From assembly GCA_963713955.1 (NCBI GenBank), contig OY970216.1, forward strand, positions 209,934-273,933: a stretch of DNA of 64,000 bases, in the 5' to 3' direction. The position numbers and the translations under genes were made by a program. Below the pieces are notes generated by a model, which was not told the DNA's origin, searched no databases, and worked only from the letters and a program-made list of their open reading frames with translations. Below are positions 60,732 to 64,000 of this stretch, in pieces (within the stretch, counting starts at the first letter, position 1; every line of letters starts with the position of its first letter). This DNA comes from an uncultured bacterium. GTDB lineage: Bacteria > Patescibacteriota > Minisyncoccia > UBA6257 > GWB1-50-10.

Positions 60732-61976
60732 ATGGATAAAAAAAATAGGAGTGTAAAAAAGAGGAGAAAGAACTTCTCGAGGGCGCGGGAGCCGAAATCA
60801 AAAAGAACGGAAGGCGTAACCAAGATAAAAGTCGTGGGAATCGGCGGGGCCGGGAATCACATCGTCTCGAGAATGATGGAGAGCGAGCGTCCGAGAGGCG
60901 TCGAGTTTGTCGCCGTGAACACCGATACGCAGGATTTGGATTATACGACGGCTCACCGGAAACTCTACATCGGTAAGGCTCTGACCAAGGGTTTGGGAGC
61001 GGGAATGAATCCCGAGATCGGCAAACAGGCGGCCGAGGAAAACCGTTCCGAGATTGGAGAAGCGCTCGAGGGAGCGGACATCGTTTTCATAACCGCCGGC
61101 ATGGGCGGAGGAACCGGCAGCGGTTCCGCCCCGGTTGTGGCGGAGATCGCCAAAGAAAAAGGAATCCTGACCATCGCCGTTGTAACGAAGCCGTTCGGTT
61201 TTGAAGGAACGCAGCGCGCGGTGATCGCCCAGGAAGGCATCACGAGGCTCAAGGATAAAGTCGATGCACTGGTCGTGATCCCCAACGACAGGATTTTCAC
61301 GGTGATACAAAAAGACACGCCGGTTTTGAAAGCCTTCTCTTACATCGACGATGTTCTGAAACAAGCCGTGCGGGCGCTCGCGGAACTCATCAACACGCCG
61401 GGGCTCATCAACGTGGACTTCGCGGACATAAGATCGGTCTTGAAGGAATCCGGAACGACGTTGATCGGAATCGGAATTGCCTCGGGTCAGGATCGGGGGA
61501 TCAAGGCGGTGAGTTCGGCCGTCAATTCCCCGCTTCTTGAAGTGACGCTCGACGGCGCGAAAGGCGTCTTGTTCTCGATCGCCGGCAGCCGCGATCTCAA
61601 GATGTCCGAAATCAACGACATCGCGAAAGCAATCTCGGCGAGCCTCGACTCGGGGGCCAAAGTGATCTTCGGTGCCTACTATGACCGAGGCTTGAAAGAT
61701 AAAGCGCTCAAAGTTACCGTCATCGCGACAGGCTTTAACGGGATGTTTTCCGAGAAGAGAGCTATTCCGAATCTCTTCATGGTTGGTGAGAGCCCGAAAC
61801 GCGGTGATGAAAACCAAAACTCCCTGAGGAAGGAACCGGAATCGAAAAAACAAATTGAGACTGAGATCTCGTCCGGCGAGAAAGCGAATGAAAACCTAAA
61901 GCCGAGCAAGGAACCTAAGGTGGAAAAACCGGAGCCGTGGGAAATACCCGCGTTCCTCCGGAAAAAGAAAAAATAA
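60732..61976 (+). CDS. ftsZ: Cell division GTPase FtsZ.
   Basis: IKVVGIGGAGNHIVSRM, tubulin signature FITAGMGGGTGSGSAPVVAEIAKE, T7 loop NVDFADI, basic C-terminal tail. Confidence 0.95.
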   Translation: MDKKNRSVKKRRKNFSRAREPKSKRTEGVTKIKVVGIGGAGNHIVSRMMESERPRGVEFVAVNTDTQDLDYTTAHRKLYIGKALTKGLGAGMNPEIGKQAAEENRSEIGEALEGADIVFITAGMGGGTGSGSAPVVAEIAKEKGILTIAVVTKPFGFEGTQRAVIAQEGITRLKDKVDALVVIPNDRIFTVIQKDTPVLKAFSYIDDVLKQAVRALAELINTPGLINVDFADIRSVLKESGTTLIGIGIASGQDRGIKAVSSAVNSPLLEVTLDGAKGVLFSIAGSRDLKMSEINDIAKAISASLDSGAKVIFGAYYDRGLKDKALKVTVIATGFNGMFSEKRAIPNLFMVGESPKRGDENQNSLRKEPESKKQIETEISSGEKANENLKPSKEPKVEKPEPWEIPAFLRKKKK

Positions 61977-62005
61977 TCCCGGGATTTAGTCAAATTTTCA
62001 GTCGA

Positions 62006-62040
62006 AAAATCCGCCGCTGAGGCGGATTTTCGGTTTCTTT
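62006..62040 (+). terminator. Rho-independent terminator after ftsZ (aaaatccgcc-gctga-ggcggatttt plus tcggtttcttt).
   Basis: 10-bp perfect stem, 5-nt loop, T-rich tail. Confidence 0.6.
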
Positions 62041-62139
62041 GAGTTATCCACTGTTGACCCCCTGGCTTTGGGTTTAAAATTATCTATGCCAAAAAGCTTT
62101 CAAAATAAAGAGTCGCCCAAATCTAATTTATAAAACAAA

Positions 62140-64000
62140 ATGTTGTTCACGTCGGTGAAAAAGCGCGAAGGTCAGGTCGTTCCCTTTGATCAGGGGAGAA
62201 TCACGAAAGCGATCGCGAAGGCCATGGAGGCCACGGGAGAAGGAAACGGAAAAGATGCCGAAAAAATTTCTGGGAGCGTCGTAAAAACCCTGGAAAAAAA
62301 TTATTCCCCCGATCGCGTCCTTGGGATAGAGGAGATACAGGATGTAGTCGAAGAGGAACTCATGGGAGCAGGCTTTTCGCAGACGGCCAAGGCGTACATT
62401 CTGTACCGCGAAGAGCGGACGAAATTGAGAGACGCGAAAAGATCCATCCCGGAGTACGTTCACGACCTCGCGACGGAAAGTAAAAAATATTTCCGGAACC
62501 CCTTGGGAGAATTTATTTACTACCGATCGTATTCACGCTGGCTCGAAAGTGAAGGGCGGCGAGAAACATGGATCGAGACCGTCGAACGGTACGTCGCGTT
62601 CATGAAAAAGAAATTGGGCGACAAGCTGACGGGAGAAGAATACGAAGAAGTGAAACAAGCGATCCTCCGGCAGGATGTCATGCCGTCGATGCGGCTCCTC
62701 TGGAGTGCGGGCCCGGCGGCGGAGGCCACCAATGTCTCCGCGTATAATTGTTCTTTCATCGCGCCGACGAAGCTCCGCGATTTGGGAGAGATCATGTATC
62801 TTTCGATGTGCGGTGCCGGTGTCGGCTTTTCTGTCGAACATCAGACGGTGGAGCAGTTTCCGCAGATCAAAAAACAAGCCGGAGAAAAATTGCCGACCTT
62901 CGTCATCAAAGACAGTAAAGAAGGATGGGCCGATGCGTTGGTCTTCGGCCTCGAAACGTGGTTCGATGGCAAGGACGTTGACTTCGATTTTTCGGAGCTC
63001 CGCCCCCAGGGAGCGCGTTTGAAAACAATGGGCGGGAGAAGTTCCGGGCCGGAACCCTTGCGGGCGGTTCTCGAATTCTCCCGGAGGAAAATATTAGCCA
63101 AGCAGGGCCGGAGGCTTTCTCCACTCGACGTCCATGACGTCATCTGCAAGATCGGGGAAGTCGTCGTGATGGGAGGCGTGCGGCGGACTGCCTTGATATC
63201 CCTCTCCGATCTGGACGACAAGGAAATGCAGATGGCGAAGTTCGGACAATTTTATCTCACGGAACCCCAGCGATCGATGGCGAACAATTCCGCCGTTTAC
63301 AGTGAGAAGCCGTCGGCCGCCGTTTTCTTGGAAGAGTGGCTTGCCCTCGCGAAGAGCGGCAGCGGCGAGCGGGGGATTTTCAACCGGGGCGGCCTCGAAC
63401 GCCAGCTTCCCGAAAGGCGGTGGAAACTTTTCAAGAGTCACGCGCTGACGTCGGGGACCAACCCCTGCGGCGAGATCGTCCTCAGGTCCAAGGAGTTCTG
63501 CAACCTGTCCGAAATAGTGGCCCGTTTCGAGGACACCGAAGAAACTCTTTTGAGGAAAGCGCGCCTCGCCTCGATCATCGGTACCTACCAATCAATGCTC
63601 ACCGATTTCAACTATCTTTCTCCCGAGTGGAAGAAAAACTGCGAAGAAGAAAGGCTCCTCGGCGTTTCGATAACTGGCCAGTGGGACTCGCCGGCGGTGC
63701 GGAATTCCCAAACTATGGAGAAACTGAGAGGGATAGCCGTCGAAACGAACAAGATTTACGCTAAGAAATTCGGCATCAACCAGTCGGCGGCCGTGACCTG
63801 CGTGAAGCCGTCCGGGACTGTTTCTCAGCTCGTCGATGCCGCCTCCGGTCTCCACCCGCGGCATGCCCCGTATTACATCCGGCGGGTGAGAATCTCCGCG
63901 ACTGACAGTCTCTTCAAGATGCTTCGTGACCAAAAGGTACCTTTCCATCCGGAGGTGGGACAGTCGGACGAAAACGCGACGACCTATGTCCTTGAATTCC
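62140..64000 (+). CDS. nrdJ: Ribonucleotide reductase, class II (adenosylcobalamin-type NrdJ-like) with an N-terminal ATP-cone. 3' end beyond the window.
   Basis: ATP-cone VKKREGQVVPFDQGRITKAIAKA. Then RNR catalytic core (NCSFIAPTKL, MCGAGVGFS, NPCGEIVL, CNLSEIV, SGTVSQL). Open to the window end. Confidence 0.8.
   Translation, partial: MLFTSVKKREGQVVPFDQGRITKAIAKAMEATGEGNGKDAEKISGSVVKTLEKNYSPDRVLGIEEIQDVVEEELMGAGFSQTAKAYILYREERTKLRDAKRSIPEYVHDLATESKKYFRNPLGEFIYYRSYSRWLESEGRRETWIETVERYVAFMKKKLGDKLTGEEYEEVKQAILRQDVMPSMRLLWSAGPAAEATNVSAYNCSFIAPTKLRDLGEIMYLSMCGAGVGFSVEHQTVEQFPQIKKQAGEKLPTFVIKDSKEGWADALVFGLETWFDGKDVDFDFSELRPQGARLKTMGGRSSGPEPLRAVLEFSRRKILAKQGRRLSPLDVHDVICKIGEVVVMGGVRRTALISLSDLDDKEMQMAKFGQFYLTEPQRSMANNSAVYSEKPSAAVFLEEWLALAKSGSGERGIFNRGGLERQLPERRWKLFKSHALTSGTNPCGEIVLRSKEFCNLSEIVARFEDTEETLLRKARLASIIGTYQSMLTDFNYLSPEWKKNCEEERLLGVSITGQWDSPAVRNSQTMEKLRGIAVETNKIYAKKFGINQSAAVTCVKPSGTVSQLVDAASGLHPRHAPYYIRRVRISATDSLFKMLRDQKVPFHPEVGQSDENATTYVLEF

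Noticed and set aside
60798-61853. 351-aa ORF antisense to ftsZ, and 59540-60181 antisense to ftsA
   Set aside because: They sit opposite canonical FtsZ/FtsA frames and have no motifs.

Overview
This 64-kb window looks like a bacterial chromosome segment from an uncultivated lineage. Roughly 90% is coding, TGA is read as stop, and overall GC is about 50% with strong local swings. I cannot assign a taxon from sequence alone.

Three kinds of content are present.

1. Conserved housekeeping genes: tyrS (3' end off the window), clpP, ligA, rplU, recR, dnaB, cysS, pth, lepB, a divergent hisS, HIT, rpsU, yqeY, ybeY, ftsA, ftsZ, and a 5' partial class II ribonucleotide reductase.

2. A compact type IV pilus locus at 30.1-43.2 kb. 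Gene order is comFC, pilM, pilN, pilO, a small membrane ORF, pilB, pilT, pilC, four GFTLIEM-type pilins, pilD, then four minor-pilin-like genes. A second, divergent pilus-like module sits at 53.0-55.5 kb.

3. Accessory material.
- A same-strand run of secreted proteins at 5.2-12.7 kb. It contains three tandem paralogs sharing an N-terminal DTGxxxQ[ST]K[SA]G[SR]L motif and a C-terminal CPxGYFxxG...C motif. It also contains a 716-aa surface protein with InlB-B-like repeats and GYAW/GWISF repeats.
- Two BNR/Asp-box beta-propeller genes that carry a type IX secretion (T9SS) C-terminal sorting domain. They are inverted and share a 32-nt identical core. They bracket an AT-richer ~12.7-kb island at about 13.1-25.4 kb.
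- That island holds three SAM methyltransferases, a Ham1-like NTPase, a GHMP-family kinase, a P-loop kinase, a U32-like protein and an Asp racemase. It also holds an operon yerC-like/LOG-like/AstE-AspA/PfkB/HAD (the HAD gene frameshifted), two duplicated HicB-HicA toxin-antitoxin cassettes with conserved flanking modules, and a relic T9SS C-terminal fragment.
- Several unexplained repeat families: a 37-nt conserved core held in variable palindromic stems (three copies), RBS-sequestering inverted repeats in the pilus operon, terminator-hairpin repeats, and a recurring TGATATAAT promoter motif.

No rRNA, tRNA, CRISPR array, integrase or transposase was seen. All calls come from reading ORF translations and the nucleotide sequence. 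Internal start sites were placed by codon arithmetic from the ORF track. Repeat and terminator coordinates may be off by 1-3 nt.
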